From: Alphaproteobacteria bacterium
GTDB taxonomy: Bacteria > Pseudomonadota > Alphaproteobacteria > CALMVH01
NCBI GenBank assembly: GCA_965199335.1
Contig: CBDAQZ010000001.1
Location: 139,051-203,050 of the forward strand
Direction: 5' to 3'
DNA: 64,000 bases
The notes under the pieces were generated by a model that saw nothing but the letters and a program-made list of their open reading frames with translations, did no database searches and was not told the origin of the DNA. A program made the translations under genes and the position numbers. Of the stretch, positions 51,294 to 61,890 are shown piece after piece. Every line of letters begins with the position of its first letter. Position 1 is the stretch's first letter.

Positions 51294-52859
51294 CTATGCC
51301 GGCTCTGGCAATCGGCGGCGGCGCATCATCGCCTTCAGCTCGCCAAGGCGCAGCACGCCCATCGCTGCCGCGCTGCCCAGATACAGCAGGCCTCCGCCAC
51401 CGACCAGCACCGTCAGCGCCACGCCGCGCTGCCAGGTCGGACCGGTCCACCAGCCGGTGAACGCATGGTCCAGCCCGATCAGCACCGCCGCCATGATCGC
51501 CGCCGCGATGACCAGGCGGGGCAGGGCGAAGCGCAGGCGGCCGCCCAGCGTCAGCAGCCCGTCCCGGTGCAGGCGATGACCCAGCAGCGCGACGTTCAGC
51601 CAGGCGGTGATGCCGGTCGCCAGCGCGATGCCGACATAGCTCAGATGCACGATATAAATCAGCGACAGGGCCAGCAGCGTATTGGCGACGACGGTGATGA
51701 CGCTGAAGCGCACCGGCGTTTTGGTGTCCTGCCTGGCGAAGAAGCCGACGGACAGGATCTTTGCCAGCACATAGGCGGGGATACCCAGCGAGTAGGCAGC
51801 CAGGCCGCGCGCGGCGGCGGATGCATCGGCCTCGCCGAACTGGCCGTGCATGAACAGCGCCTGCATGATCGGATGCGCCGCCGCCATCAGCGCCACGGCG
51901 GCGGGGAAGGCCAGCAGCAGGCTCATCTCGACCGCACGCGTCGTGTCGGCGCGCAGCTCGTCGAGGCGACCTGCCTTGGCATGGCGCGAAAGCAGCGGCA
52001 GCAGCGCCGTGCCGACCGCGATGCCGATCACGCCCAGCGGCAGCTGGTTCAGCCGGTCGGCGTAATAGAGATAAGAGATCGACCCTTCGGGCAGGAAAGA
52101 GGCGATGACGGAATCGACGTAGGCGTTCAGCTGCGACGCGCCACCGCCGATCGCCGCCGGTCCCATCAGGACGAACAGCCTTTTCACCATCGGCGTCATG
52201 CGTGGCCGGCGCAGATGCAGGCCGATCCCAGCCTTGCGGCAGGCGCGCCACATCCACAGCAGTTGCACCACGCCCGCCGCCGCCTGCCCGATGGCCAGCG
52301 AATAGCCCTCGTTGGGCAGGTACTTGCCGAAGCCGAAGCCGATTATCAGGCATAGATTGAACAGGATCGGCGCGGAGGCGAACGGCCAGTAGCGGTCCAG
52401 CGCGTTCAGCACCCCGCCCTGCAACGCGCTGACGGAGATCAGCACCAGATAGGGAAAGGTGATGCGCGACAGCGACACGGCCAGGTCGTAGCGATAGGTC
52501 CCGGGCTCGAACCCGGGCGCCAGCACGACCATTGCCTGCGGCATGAACACGACCGCCAGCACGGTCAGCGGCACCAGCACCGCCAGCATGACAGCCTGAG
52601 CCTCTTCGGCGAAGCGGGCGGCCTGTTCCTGTCCATGCTCCTCCAGCGTGCCGGAGAACAGCGGTACGAAGGCCACGCTGAACGCCCCCTCGGCGAACAG
52701 GCGGCGGAAGAGGTTGGGCAGGCGGAACGCCAGGAACGCCGCATCCGCCACCGGCCCCGCGCCCAGCAGGTCGGCGGACAGCACGTCGCGGATGAAACCC
52801 AGCACGCGGCTGACGAGCGTCAGGCTGCCAACAGTAGCGACCGATTTGGCGAAGGACAT
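51294..52859 (-). CDS. murJ: Lipid II flippase MurJ
   Basis: SRVLGF.RD, AFRLPNLFRRLFAEGAF, YYADRL.QLPLG and FFARQDTKTP motifs. Confidence 0.96.
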   Translation of the reverse strand: MSFAKSVATVGSLTLVSRVLGFIRDVLSADLLGAGPVADAAFLAFRLPNLFRRLFAEGAFSVAFVPLFSGTLEEHGQEQAARFAEEAQAVMLAVLVPLTVLAVVFMPQAMVVLAPGFEPGTYRYDLAVSLSRITFPYLVLISVSALQGGVLNALDRYWPFASAPILFNLCLIIGFGFGKYLPNEGYSLAIGQAAAGVVQLLWMWRACRKAGIGLHLRRPRMTPMVKRLFVLMGPAAIGGGASQLNAYVDSVIASFLPEGSISYLYYADRLNQLPLGVIGIAVGTALLPLLSRHAKAGRLDELRADTTRAVEMSLLLAFPAAVALMAAAHPIMQALFMHGQFGEADASAAARGLAAYSLGIPAYVLAKILSVGFFARQDTKTPVRFSVITVVANTLLALSLIYIVHLSYVGIALATGITAWLNVALLGHRLHRDGLLTLGGRLRFALPRLVIAAAIMAAVLIGLDHAFTGWWTGPTWQRGVALTVLVGGGGLLYLGSAAAMGVLRLGELKAMMRRRRLPEPA

Positions 52860-52887
52860 GTGAATGCTTTTACCAGCTTTATCGGGT

Positions 52888-52902
52888 TTGTCATTCCGGT
52901 GC
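52888..52902 (+). repeat. Truncated half-copy of the GTCATTCCGG palindrome
   Basis: TTGTCATTCCGGTGC is identical to 12949-12963; lies between glnD and murJ. Confidence 0.5.
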
Positions 52903-52903
52903 G

Positions 52904-55597
52904 TCAGGCCGCCTTGTCCACCGTCTCCCCCAGCACGGCCATCAGCTCCACGTAGATGTGGTGGAGCCAGGCGCCTTCTGTGATCTTCTTGCCGAAGGCG
53001 TCGCGGACATAGAAGACGTCGACGACGCGGTGGCCGTAGGTCGAGATCTTGGCCGACGAGATGCGCGCCCCCAGATCCGTCAGCTTCGTCGTCAGCGCGT
53101 AGAGCAGGCCGGGCCGGTCGCGGCCATTGACCTCGATCACGTTGTGGCCCTGGCTGGCATCGTTGTCGATGATGACGCGAGGCGGGGCGGGCAGGGCCTT
53201 GCTGCGGCCGATCAGCGTCGTGCCGCGCCGGGCCAGTTCCTCACCCAGCACCAGTTCGCCCGACACGCTGCGTTCGATCATCCTTGCCAGCTTGTCATGC
53301 CGGTCCGTAACCTGGCCGGTATTGCCGTTGGCGTCGTGGACGGAGAAAACATCCAGTACCTTGCCGTTCGCCAGAGGCGATATCTTGGCGTCGACGATGG
53401 TGAATCCCGTCGCCGCGATGCCGCCCGCCAACTGGCTGAACAGCAGCGGATCGTCACCGGCATAGACGGTGATTTCGGTCACGCCGCGCGTCTCGTCCAC
53501 CCGCGTGGCGACGCTGATCGCCTGCGCCGCCGTTTCCGCCTCGCCGATCTGGCGGGCGTGGCGGGCGTGGGCGGCGGCATCGTAGGCCAGCCAGTAGCCC
53601 GGCGGCCCAAGGGCGGCATAGCGCGAGAATTCCATGTCCGACCAGTCCGCCAGCGCGGCGCGCGCCATTTCCTGCGCCACGACGACGCGTGAACTCGACC
53701 CCTTCGATGTCGGCGTACCGGACAGCATGTCGCTGGTTCGGGCGTAAAGCTCGCTCAGGAGGCCCGCCTTCCAGCTGTTCCAGCGGCCGGGGCCGACGCC
53801 ATCGATGTCGCATGTGGTCAGGATCAGCAACAGGCGCAGGCGCTCGGGCGATTGTACCAGGTCGGCAAAGTCACGGATCGTCTGCTCGTCCTCCAGGTCG
53901 CGCTTCAGGGCGACGTCGGACATGGCGAGGTGCCAGCGCACCAGCCAGGCCACGGTTTCGGTCTCGGCGTCGCCGAGGCCCAGCCGCTTGCAGAACTTCG
54001 TCGCGGTCTGCGCGCCCAATATCGAATGGTCGCCACCGCGCCCCTTGGCGATGTCGTGCAGGATCACCGCCAGGAACAGCTCGCGCCGCGACCGGATCTT
54101 CCTGATCTCGCCGGTGGCGAGCGGAAAGCCCTCGGCAAGCTCGCCCCGCTCCAGCCGCGCCAGATTGGTGATGACGTGCAGCGAATGCTCGTCGACGGTG
54201 AAGACATGGTACATGTCGAACTGCATCTGGCCGACGACGCGCCCCCAGTCGGGCATGAACCGGCCCAGTATGCCGGCTTCGTTCATCGCACGCAGGGTTT
54301 CGTCCGCCTTGGGCGCGTCCAGTATCTCGACGAAGAGGCGGTTGGCCTCCGGATCGGCGCGGAAGGCGGCGTTGATCCGTGTGCGGGCGCGGGAGATGGC
54401 GCTTTGCGCGCGGGGGTGGATCGCGCGGCCTGTCTTCTGCGAAATCCTGAAGATGCGTATCAGCTCGATCGGGTTGCGCTCGAAGTATTTTTCGTCCGGG
54501 ATCGAAAGGCGATCCTGGCGCAGCGCAAAGCCCTCGAGGCTGAGCGGGAAGCCGAGGAACTTGCGCTCCGCCCCCAGCTCGGCCTCGACCGCCGACAGGA
54601 AGATGCGCCCCAGTTCTCCGACATCGCGCGCGACCAGGAAATAGTGCTTCATGAACCGCTCGACCTCCAGCGCGCCGGTACGATCGGTATAGCCCAGGCG
54701 CCGCGCGATCTCGCGCTCGACCTCGAAGGTCAGGCGTTCCTCGGCGCGGCCGACGAGGGTGTGGAGATGGGTACGCACCGTCCACAGGAACGCCTCGGCC
54801 TTGACCAGCCGCCGTGCCTCGGCGGGCAGGAAGATGCCGCGCTTGACCAATTCCTGCAGGTCGGTGGTGCGCCACAGATGGGCGGCCACCCAATACAGCA
54901 GATGTACGTCGCGCAGGCCGCCCTTGCCCTCCTTGACGTTCGGCTCGAGGCGGTAGCGGCTGTCGCCGTTCTTCTCCAGCCGCTGCTCGCGTTCCTGCAG
55001 CTTGGCGGAGACATAGGCGCGGTTGCCGCCGCTCAGCACATCGCGCGCCAGGCGCTTGACCAGGTCGGCCATCAGCGTTTCGTCGCCGGCCAGCGGACGC
55101 ATGTCCAGCAGGGTGGTGCGGATCACCATGTCAGACTTGGCCAGCCGGATACACTCGTCGACCGAGCGCACGGCATGCCCGACCTTCAGGCCCAGGTCCC
55201 ATAATACGTAGAGGATGAATTCCACCACCTGCTCGGCCCGCGCGGTGCGCTTGTAGGGCAACAGGATCATCAGGTCGATATCGGAGAAAGGGGCAAGCGC
55301 GCCGCGGCCGTAACCGCCCACCGCAACAAGCTGCAACGCCTCGCCCAGGGTCGGATTGGCGACGGGATAGACGACATCGTTGGCCAGGCGGTGCAGGCCT
55401 ATCAGCATCTCGTCTATGAAGCGGGCATAGGCCTGGCCGCAAGGCAGGCCCTCGCCCGTCTCCTCGAAACGGGCTGCGACCGTGGCTCTGGCAGTGGCAA
55501 GCACGGGCTTCAACCGCCTGGTTATCTCGGTCTGGATGCGCGACGGGGGCAGGTCGGCGTCTGCAACCGATGCGATCTCGCTATTCAGATGATCCAT
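52904..55597 (-). CDS. glnD: [Protein-PII] uridylyltransferase GlnD
   Basis: AVGGYGRG.LAPFSDIDL, EPNVKEGKGGLRD, YH.FTVDEH, LHDIAKG and two ACT domains. Confidence 0.97.
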   Translation of the reverse strand: MDHLNSEIASVADADLPPSRIQTEITRRLKPVLATARATVAARFEETGEGLPCGQAYARFIDEMLIGLHRLANDVVYPVANPTLGEALQLVAVGGYGRGALAPFSDIDLMILLPYKRTARAEQVVEFILYVLWDLGLKVGHAVRSVDECIRLAKSDMVIRTTLLDMRPLAGDETLMADLVKRLARDVLSGGNRAYVSAKLQEREQRLEKNGDSRYRLEPNVKEGKGGLRDVHLLYWVAAHLWRTTDLQELVKRGIFLPAEARRLVKAEAFLWTVRTHLHTLVGRAEERLTFEVEREIARRLGYTDRTGALEVERFMKHYFLVARDVGELGRIFLSAVEAELGAERKFLGFPLSLEGFALRQDRLSIPDEKYFERNPIELIRIFRISQKTGRAIHPRAQSAISRARTRINAAFRADPEANRLFVEILDAPKADETLRAMNEAGILGRFMPDWGRVVGQMQFDMYHVFTVDEHSLHVITNLARLERGELAEGFPLATGEIRKIRSRRELFLAVILHDIAKGRGGDHSILGAQTATKFCKRLGLGDAETETVAWLVRWHLAMSDVALKRDLEDEQTIRDFADLVQSPERLRLLLILTTCDIDGVGPGRWNSWKAGLLSELYARTSDMLSGTPTSKGSSSRVVVAQEMARAALADWSDMEFSRYAALGPPGYWLAYDAAAHARHARQIGEAETAAQAISVATRVDETRGVTEITVYAGDDPLLFSQLAGGIAATGFTIVDAKISPLANGKVLDVFSVHDANGNTGQVTDRHDKLARMIERSVSGELVLGEELARRGTTLIGRSKALPAPPRVIIDNDASQGHNVIEVNGRDRPGLLYALTTKLTDLGARISSAKISTYGHRVVDVFYVRDAFGKKITEGAWLHHIYVELMAVLGETVDKAA

Positions 55598-55818
55598 AAG
55601 TCCGCCGGTCCAGCCCGAAATCGAGATTGCGGAGCGGGCGGGGAAGTCGACGGGCCGGACGCGGGGAAGAAGTGCCAAAGGGGGCGATTGATCTCGTGTA
55701 AAGAAGCCGTATCATGCGCCGCAGAGCGCAAATAGTTCAAGCATATGGGCAACCGCATGCTACTTTTCTGCGTTTTGCCGTGTTATGTATCTATGAGATT
55801 TTCAAATATGAGGGCGCG

Positions 55819-56379
55819 ATGAAACGTTTACTCGCAATATTACTGGTTACCGCGGCCATCGGAACGGCGAGCGCCAACGCCCAGAGCTATCAGCGCGGCG
55901 GTTATGGCACGACCGGCGGCATCGGGACTACCGGCGGCTACGGATCGGGTAAAAGCTTCACCGCCCCCGCGGCGACCTCGGCCACGACGAACGCGACCAC
56001 ATCGGGAGATTACCAGCGAGTTATGAACTCGGTCGACGGCCAGGATCAGAGCAGCGATCCCAACAGCCAGGACAACGCCAGCACCATAGCCCAGCAGGCT
56101 GCCACACCGTACACGGCCAATCCGACCGTTCCCGCGGCAAGCACCAACATCCAACCCTCGCTGGCGACGTTGCCGAACAATAACGGCGCGAATACAGGGT
56201 ATAATCAGGGGCTCGGCGTTGCCGGCGTTGCGGCTGCGAATGGCCAGTTGACCAGCCCTACGGGCACTGTCGGCCTGGGTGCCTACAACAATACCCCATA
56301 TTCCAAGGGTGCCGTGACCGCGCCGACGACGGCGACCGCAGCTCCCGGACCGGCGACGCCGACCTACACAGGCCAGTAA
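55819..56379 (+). CDS. Secreted low-complexity (G/T/A/N/Q-rich) hypothetical protein
   Basis: MKRLLAILLVTAAIGTASANA signal peptide; GAGGG SD. Confidence 0.75.
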   Translation: MKRLLAILLVTAAIGTASANAQSYQRGGYGTTGGIGTTGGYGSGKSFTAPAATSATTNATTSGDYQRVMNSVDGQDQSSDPNSQDNASTIAQQAATPYTANPTVPAASTNIQPSLATLPNNNGANTGYNQGLGVAGVAAANGQLTSPTGTVGLGAYNNTPYSKGAVTAPTTATAAPGPATPTYTGQ

Positions 56380-56391
56380 TCGCTAAGCAGA

Positions 56392-59040
56392 TCACTCGCG
56401 CGACAGTTCCTTGAGCTTGTAGACAAGCTCAAGAGCGTCGCGCGGGGATAAGGTGTCGGGGACTATTCCATCCATGTGTTCTACGATGCGCGGGCGCTTT
56501 ACGGAAACGGGTGCGTTGACGTGAAAGAGTGGCAGGTCTTCGGCAAGACCGCTGAGCTTGCCGTTGCGTTCCACGCCTTCCAGCACCTTTAACACCTCGT
56601 TTGCGCGCCGGATGACCGGTGGCGGCAGTCCCGCAAGCTTGGCGACGTGCAGGCCATAGGATCTATCGGCCGCGCCCTCGCCAACCTCGTGCATGAACAC
56701 GATCTCGTCCTGCCATTCCTTGACCTTCATGGTGTGACAGGAAAGTGCGGGCAGCTTCGACGCCAGCGCCGTCAGCTCGTGGTAATGCGTCGCAAACAGC
56801 GTGCGGCATTTGCTGACATCGTGGATGTACTCCACCGTCGCCCAGGCGATCGACAGGCCATCGAACGTGGCCGTACCACGTCCAATCTCGTCCAGTATGA
56901 CCAGCGAGCGGTTCGACGCCCGGTTCAGGATCAATGCGGTCTCCACCATCTCGACCATGAAGGTCGAACGGCCTCGCGCCAGATCGTCGGCGGCGCCGAC
57001 GCGGCTGAACAGGCGGTCGACGATACCGATCCGCGCCAAGGCGGCCGGCACGAACAGGCCGCTCTGTGCCAGTAACGCCAGCACCGCGTTCTGGCGCAGG
57101 AAGGTGGACTTGCCCGCCATGTTGGGCCCGGTCAGCAACCACAGGCGATCGGCCCCGCCGAGGCGGCAATCGTTGGCGATGAAATGGGTGGGGCCGACGC
57201 TGCGCTCCACGACCGGGTGACGGCCGGCGGTTATTTCCATCTCTTCGCTATCGTCGACCACCGGCCTCACGTAATGCTGGGTTACGGCCAGCTCGGCATT
57301 GGCGGTCGCCACGTCGATCGCGGCCAGCGTCGCGGCGGTGCGGGCGATTTCTGCTGCATAGCCTGTGATGTCGCCGACCAATTGGCCGAAGATCTCGAGC
57401 TCCATCGCCAGCGCGCGATCACCGGATTCCGCGACCTTGCGCTCGAGCTCGCCCAGCTCGGCGGTCGAGAAGCGGACCGTTCCCGCCATGGTCTGGCGAT
57501 GGAAGAAACGGCCGGCGGGCTCGCTGGCCAGCAGGCGGTCGGCCTGGGCGGGGCTGACCTCGATATGAAAGCCGATGACGTTGTTGTGCTTGATGCGCAG
57601 CGTCGCGCCGGTTTCGGCCGCATAGCGTTGTTCCAGTACCGCGATCAGCCGCCGGGCGTCGTCCTTGAGAGTCTTCTGCTCGTCGAAGGTGGCGGAATAG
57701 CCGGCCTGAACGAAACCGCCATCGCGCGCCAGCAGCGGCAGATCAGGTTTCATGGCTCGGCCCAGCTTGTCGATCAGCGCCGCCAGCTGCGAGATTTGCG
57801 GGGCGAATGCCGTCGCCACGCCGGTGGACGTAACCAGGGCCGAGCGGATCGCCTCCGCGATACGCAATCCGTCCCTGATCCCGGCAAGGTCGCGCGGGCC
57901 GCCGCGGCCTAGCCGCAAACGCCCGAGCGCCCGTTCCATATCAGGGCAGGCGGCCAGTTGTTCGCGCAGTATCTCGCGCAGGTCGCGTGCCGCCACGAAC
58001 GCGTCGATTTCGTCCAGTCGCCGGGAAATGACGGCAAGGTCGGTGGAAGGTGCGGACAGCCTTGCGCAGAGAAGACGGCCGCCCGCAGGCGTCAGGGTGC
58101 GGTCGATCGCTTCCAGCAAACTGCCCTTGCGTTCCCCGCTCAGCGTCCGCGTCAGTTCCAGGTTGCGGCGCGTGGCGGGGTCGATCTCCATCACGCTGCC
58201 GGCAGCGGTACGGCCGGGCAGGCCCAGCTTGGGGGCCGAATCCTTTTGTGTCAGGTCGATATAGGCGGCAATCGCACCCAGCGCCGCCAGCTCCGCGCGG
58301 GTGAACGTGCCGAACGCATCCAGGGTCGCCACGCCATAGGTTTCCTCCAGCCGGCGGCGGGCAGCCTCGCTGTCGAAGAAACGGCCTGCCTGTACCGTCA
58401 GCTGCTGGCGCCATTCCCCCAGCATTTCGAACCAGTCCGGCTTCTCGATCAGCTTTTCCGATACCAGCAGTTCCGTCGGCTGCAAGCGGGCCAGGGCGCC
58501 GGCGGCCTCCGCCTCGGCGATGGTCTCGATGCCGACATGCCCGGTCGAAAGCTCGATGGAGGCCAGCGCGATCTCGCCCGCGACCTCTGCCAGCGCCACC
58601 AGGTAATTGCTGGCGCGCGCATCCAGCAGGTTGTCCTCCGTCAGCGTGCCCGGCGTGATGATGCGGGTTACGGACCGTCGTACCGGCCCCTTGCCGCGCT
58701 TGCGCGCCTCGGCGGGGTCTTCCACCTGTTCGCAGATGGCGACCCGGAAGCCCTGCCGGATCAGCCGCGCCAGATAATTCTCGTGCGCATGGTAGGGCAC
58801 GCCGCACATCGGGATATCCATGCCGCCATGCTGGCCGCGCTTCGTCAGGGTAATGTCCAGCGCCCGGGCCGCCGTGACGGCATCGTCGAAGAACATCTCG
58901 TAGAAATCGCCCATGCGGTAGAACAGCAGGTGATCGGGGTGGGCCGCCTTGATCTCGAGGTATTGCGCCATCATCGGCGTCGACGGCGTGGGCGCCTTTC
59001 GCGTTTCGTCCGGGGCGGTTTCTGTCAGGTCCATGGTCAT
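56392..59040 (-). CDS. mutS: DNA mismatch repair protein MutS
   Basis: [41 protein letters not shown] and FATHYHEL motifs. Confidence 0.98.
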   Translation of the reverse strand: MTMDLTETAPDETRKAPTPSTPMMAQYLEIKAAHPDHLLFYRMGDFYEMFFDDAVTAARALDITLTKRGQHGGMDIPMCGVPYHAHENYLARLIRQGFRVAICEQVEDPAEARKRGKGPVRRSVTRIITPGTLTEDNLLDARASNYLVALAEVAGEIALASIELSTGHVGIETIAEAEAAGALARLQPTELLVSEKLIEKPDWFEMLGEWRQQLTVQAGRFFDSEAARRRLEETYGVATLDAFGTFTRAELAALGAIAAYIDLTQKDSAPKLGLPGRTAAGSVMEIDPATRRNLELTRTLSGERKGSLLEAIDRTLTPAGGRLLCARLSAPSTDLAVISRRLDEIDAFVAARDLREILREQLAACPDMERALGRLRLGRGGPRDLAGIRDGLRIAEAIRSALVTSTGVATAFAPQISQLAALIDKLGRAMKPDLPLLARDGGFVQAGYSATFDEQKTLKDDARRLIAVLEQRYAAETGATLRIKHNNVIGFHIEVSPAQADRLLASEPAGRFFHRQTMAGTVRFSTAELGELERKVAESGDRALAMELEIFGQLVGDITGYAAEIARTAATLAAIDVATANAELAVTQHYVRPVVDDSEEMEITAGRHPVVERSVGPTHFIANDCRLGGADRLWLLTGPNMAGKSTFLRQNAVLALLAQSGLFVPAALARIGIVDRLFSRVGAADDLARGRSTFMVEMVETALILNRASNRSLVILDEIGRGTATFDGLSIAWATVEYIHDVSKCRTLFATHYHELTALASKLPALSCHTMKVKEWQDEIVFMHEVGEGAADRSYGLHVAKLAGLPPPVIRRANEVLKVLEGVERNGKLSGLAEDLPLFHVNAPVSVKRPRIVEHMDGIVPDTLSPRDALELVYKLKELSRE

Positions 59041-59136
59041 AGGCTCACAGATTGCCACGGCTGATACCTCACGTCATCCCCCCTTCCCCCGGCGATGTTC
59101 ACCGCTTGTAAACCCGGTCCGGCCAAAGGTTGGCTT

Positions 59137-60534
59137 GTGATAAGACGCTGGCCCACCATACCCTTCGGACGCCTGCTGGGCTACAGCCTGATGCTGGCCT
59201 CGCCCACCGTTCTGGCGCTGGATACGCTGGTGTTCATGCGCGACCTGAACATCGACCACGCCATCTGGGTCGTCGCCAGCGCCATGGTCAGCGCGATCGC
59301 GGTCGCCTGGCTGTTCCTGGGCGAACTGGCCGGCATGTCGCGCTATACCAGGCAGCTTGCGGCAGGGGACGAGGGAGAATTGAAGGATCTGCGTACCGAG
59401 GCGACGCGCACCGTGGCGCGGCAGGTGGCTCAGCTGGACGGTGGCTGGCGGCGGCGGGTGAAGGCGTTCAGCCAGTCTATCGACACAGACATGCAGATAC
59501 TGGAATCGCTCAGCGATCCGCTGATTCTCGTCGACCCCGACCGCCACGTGGTCAGGGCGAACGCGGCCGCCCGCGCGCTGTTCGGCCGGTCCCTGGCGCA
59601 GGAGCCGATCGATACCGCGATACGGCCGCCGCAGCTTCTGGAAACCGTGCGCAGCGTACTGGAACTGCGCCAGCCCGCATCGCTCGACTTGGAATGGCCG
59701 GGTCATTTCAGCCGCTTCTTCGAGGCGCGCGTCATGCCTGTGGAAACCGTATCCACCGATCACAATCCTGCCGAAGCGACCGGCGCGCCGCACGCCATCG
59801 CTGCGGTCATCACGCTGCACGAGACGACCGAGACGCATCGTACCGCCGAGTTGAGGGAAACCTTCATCGCCAATGTCAGCCATGAGCTTCGCACACCGCT
59901 TTCGGTCATAGCCGGTTTCATCGAGACGCTGATGAACCTGGGGGAGGAAGACCGCGACGCGCAGAGGCGTTTTCTTTCCATCATCCACGACCAGACCAAC
60001 CGCATGACACGACTGGTCCTGGACCTGCTGTCCCTGTCGCGCATCGATGGGCACGATCACCCGCCTGCCGAGAAGGTGAACCTGCAGCAGGTGGTCGAGG
60101 AGGTGGCCGGGGCGATGGAACTGACCGCCGCCGCACGATCGATCTCCATCGACCTTGACCTGGAGGAGGGTCTGGACATTTGCGGCGATTACGACCGGTT
60201 GTGCCAAGTGGTGCAGAACCTGCTGGACAACGCCGTGAAATATGGAGCCGAGGGCGGCCGCGTCGGGATCGTGGGCCGCCGCGACGCCGATCATATCGTA
60301 CTGTGCGTCAGCGACGACGGGGAGGGCATTCCCGCCGAACACATCCCGCATCTGGGCGAACGCTTCTATCGCATCGACCGCGCCCGTTCCCGCGCCAGCG
60401 GCGGAAGCGGCCTGGGCCTTGCGATCGTTTCGGGTATCGTCGGGCGGCATGGCGGCACGCTGTCGGTCGAAAGCAGGCCGGGCGAAGGCAGCACGTTCAG
60501 GGTCCGGTTCCCGACGGGAAGACCATCGGCATGA
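59137..60534 (+). CDS. phoR: PhoR-like PAS sensor histidine kinase
   Basis: Two TMs, PAS domain, FIANVSHELRTPL, NLLDNAVKY, ERFYRID and GSGLGLAIV; coupled to phoB. Confidence 0.85.
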   Translation: MIRRWPTIPFGRLLGYSLMLASPTVLALDTLVFMRDLNIDHAIWVVASAMVSAIAVAWLFLGELAGMSRYTRQLAAGDEGELKDLRTEATRTVARQVAQLDGGWRRRVKAFSQSIDTDMQILESLSDPLILVDPDRHVVRANAAARALFGRSLAQEPIDTAIRPPQLLETVRSVLELRQPASLDLEWPGHFSRFFEARVMPVETVSTDHNPAEATGAPHAIAAVITLHETTETHRTAELRETFIANVSHELRTPLSVIAGFIETLMNLGEEDRDAQRRFLSIIHDQTNRMTRLVLDLLSLSRIDGHDHPPAEKVNLQQVVEEVAGAMELTAAARSISIDLDLEEGLDICGDYDRLCQVVQNLLDNAVKYGAEGGRVGIVGRRDADHIVLCVSDDGEGIPAEHIPHLGERFYRIDRARSRASGGSGLGLAIVSGIVGRHGGTLSVESRPGEGSTFRVRFPTGRPSA

Positions 60535-61244
60535 GCGAACCCTGCATCCTGCTGGTCGAGGACGAACAGAACATCGTCGAGCTGGTACGCTATAATCTGG
60601 AGCGCGGCGGTTATCGCGTGTCCGTGGCGATCGACGGCCCGCAGGGCCTGGCGCTGGCGCGGGAGTCGCGGCCCGACCTGGTGCTGCTGGACTGGATGCT
60701 GCCGCAGATGTCGGGCGTCGAAATCTGCCGCAGCCTGCGCGACGATCCCGATACCCGCGCCCTGCCGGTCATCATGCTGACCGCGCGGGGGGAGGAGGGG
60801 GACAAGATCAAGGCGCTGAACGCGGGCGCGGACGATTACGTTACCAAGCCTTTTTCACCCGCCGAACTGCAAGCGCGCATCGCCGCCGTACTGCGCCGCA
60901 GCAATGCCAAGCCACAGGCGCGCTCGCTGACCGCAGGCCCGCTGCTGATGGATCTGGCACGGCGCAAGGTGTACCTGAACGAGGAACAGGTACGCCTCGG
61001 CCCGACCGAGTTCCGGCTGCTGGAACAATTCATGCAGAACCCGGGGGAGGTATTCTCCCGCGAACGTCTGCTGGAGGTGGTCTGGGGCAAGGATATATTC
61101 GTCGAGCTGCGTACCGTCGACGTGCATATAAGGCGCCTGCGCAAGGCGCTGAACGACGACGGCGAACCGCCCCTGATCCGCACCGTCCGCTCCTCGGGCT
61201 ATGCGCTGAACATCGCGGAAGGGATCGTGGAGAATTTGAGGTAA
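60531..61244 (+). CDS. phoB: PhoB response regulator
   Basis: LLDWMLP.MSG.E.CR, MLTARGEE.D, LGPTEFRLL and VE.RTVDVHIRRLRKALN motifs. Confidence 0.9.
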   Translation: MSEPCILLVEDEQNIVELVRYNLERGGYRVSVAIDGPQGLALARESRPDLVLLDWMLPQMSGVEICRSLRDDPDTRALPVIMLTARGEEGDKIKALNAGADDYVTKPFSPAELQARIAAVLRRSNAKPQARSLTAGPLLMDLARRKVYLNEEQVRLGPTEFRLLEQFMQNPGEVFSRERLLEVVWGKDIFVELRTVDVHIRRLRKALNDDGEPPLIRTVRSSGYALNIAEGIVENLR

Positions 61245-61264
61245 TACAATATACCAATTAATCG

Positions 61265-61293
61265 TTGAATTTGCGTACATAATAGCGTACGTT
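61265..61293 (+). promoter_or_regulatory. yefM-yoeB promoter/operator
   Basis: TTGAAT-17 bp-TACGTT with two GTAC-centred sites (61275 and 61287) 12 bp apart. Confidence 0.65.
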
Positions 61294-61300
61294 ATTGTCC

Positions 61301-61543
61301 ATGAACGTAATCTCCGCCACTGATGCTCGTAAGAAACTATATGGATTGATGGATGAAACGGCGCTGGCGCACAAGCCTGTGCTGATCACGGGGCGGCGAT
61401 CGAATGCCGTGCTGGTTTCCGAAGAAGACTGGGAAGCGATCCAGGAAACGCTTCATTTGCTGTCCGTTCCCGGCATGCGTGAATCGATCAGGGAAGGGAT
61501 GAGCGCGCCTATCGAGGACTGCGCGACAGAGCCGGGCTGGTGA
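61301..61543 (+). CDS. yefM: Phd/YefM-family antitoxin
   Basis: AT.AR..LY.L.D, PV.ITG.R.NAVLVSEEDW..IQETL.L. Confidence 0.93.
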   Translation: MNVISATDARKKLYGLMDETALAHKPVLITGRRSNAVLVSEEDWEAIQETLHLLSVPGMRESIREGMSAPIEDCATEPGW

Positions 61544-61806
61544 CTGGCTGGAAAATCGTCTTCACCAGGCAGGCCCAAAAAGATGCGAAGCTGCTGGCAC
61601 GATCGGGATTGCAGGCAAAAACACAGGCTCTGCTAGATTTGATAGCGTACAACCCGTTTGGCGTACCCCCGAGTTACGAAAAACTTGTAGGTGATTTATC
61701 GGGTGCATACTCACGCCGGATAAACCGTCAGCATCGTCTGGTTTATCAGGTGTATGAGGATGAGCGGATTGTGAAAGTGATCCGCATGTGGACGCATTAC
61801 GAATGA
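61540..61806 (+). CDS. yoeB: Txe/YoeB-family mRNA interferase toxin
   Basis: YEKLVGDL.G.YSRRIN.QHRLVY and MWTHYE; GTGA overlap with yefM. Confidence 0.95.
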   Translation: MTGWKIVFTRQAQKDAKLLARSGLQAKTQALLDLIAYNPFGVPPSYEKLVGDLSGAYSRRINRQHRLVYQVYEDERIVKVIRMWTHYE

Positions 61807-61890
61807 AGCGGGCGCTATCCTCAACTAAACTATTCCGGTACTGAACATTTCCGATTAGGATTCAGCAGTTTCACCAGCGAGGGCCAAGCC

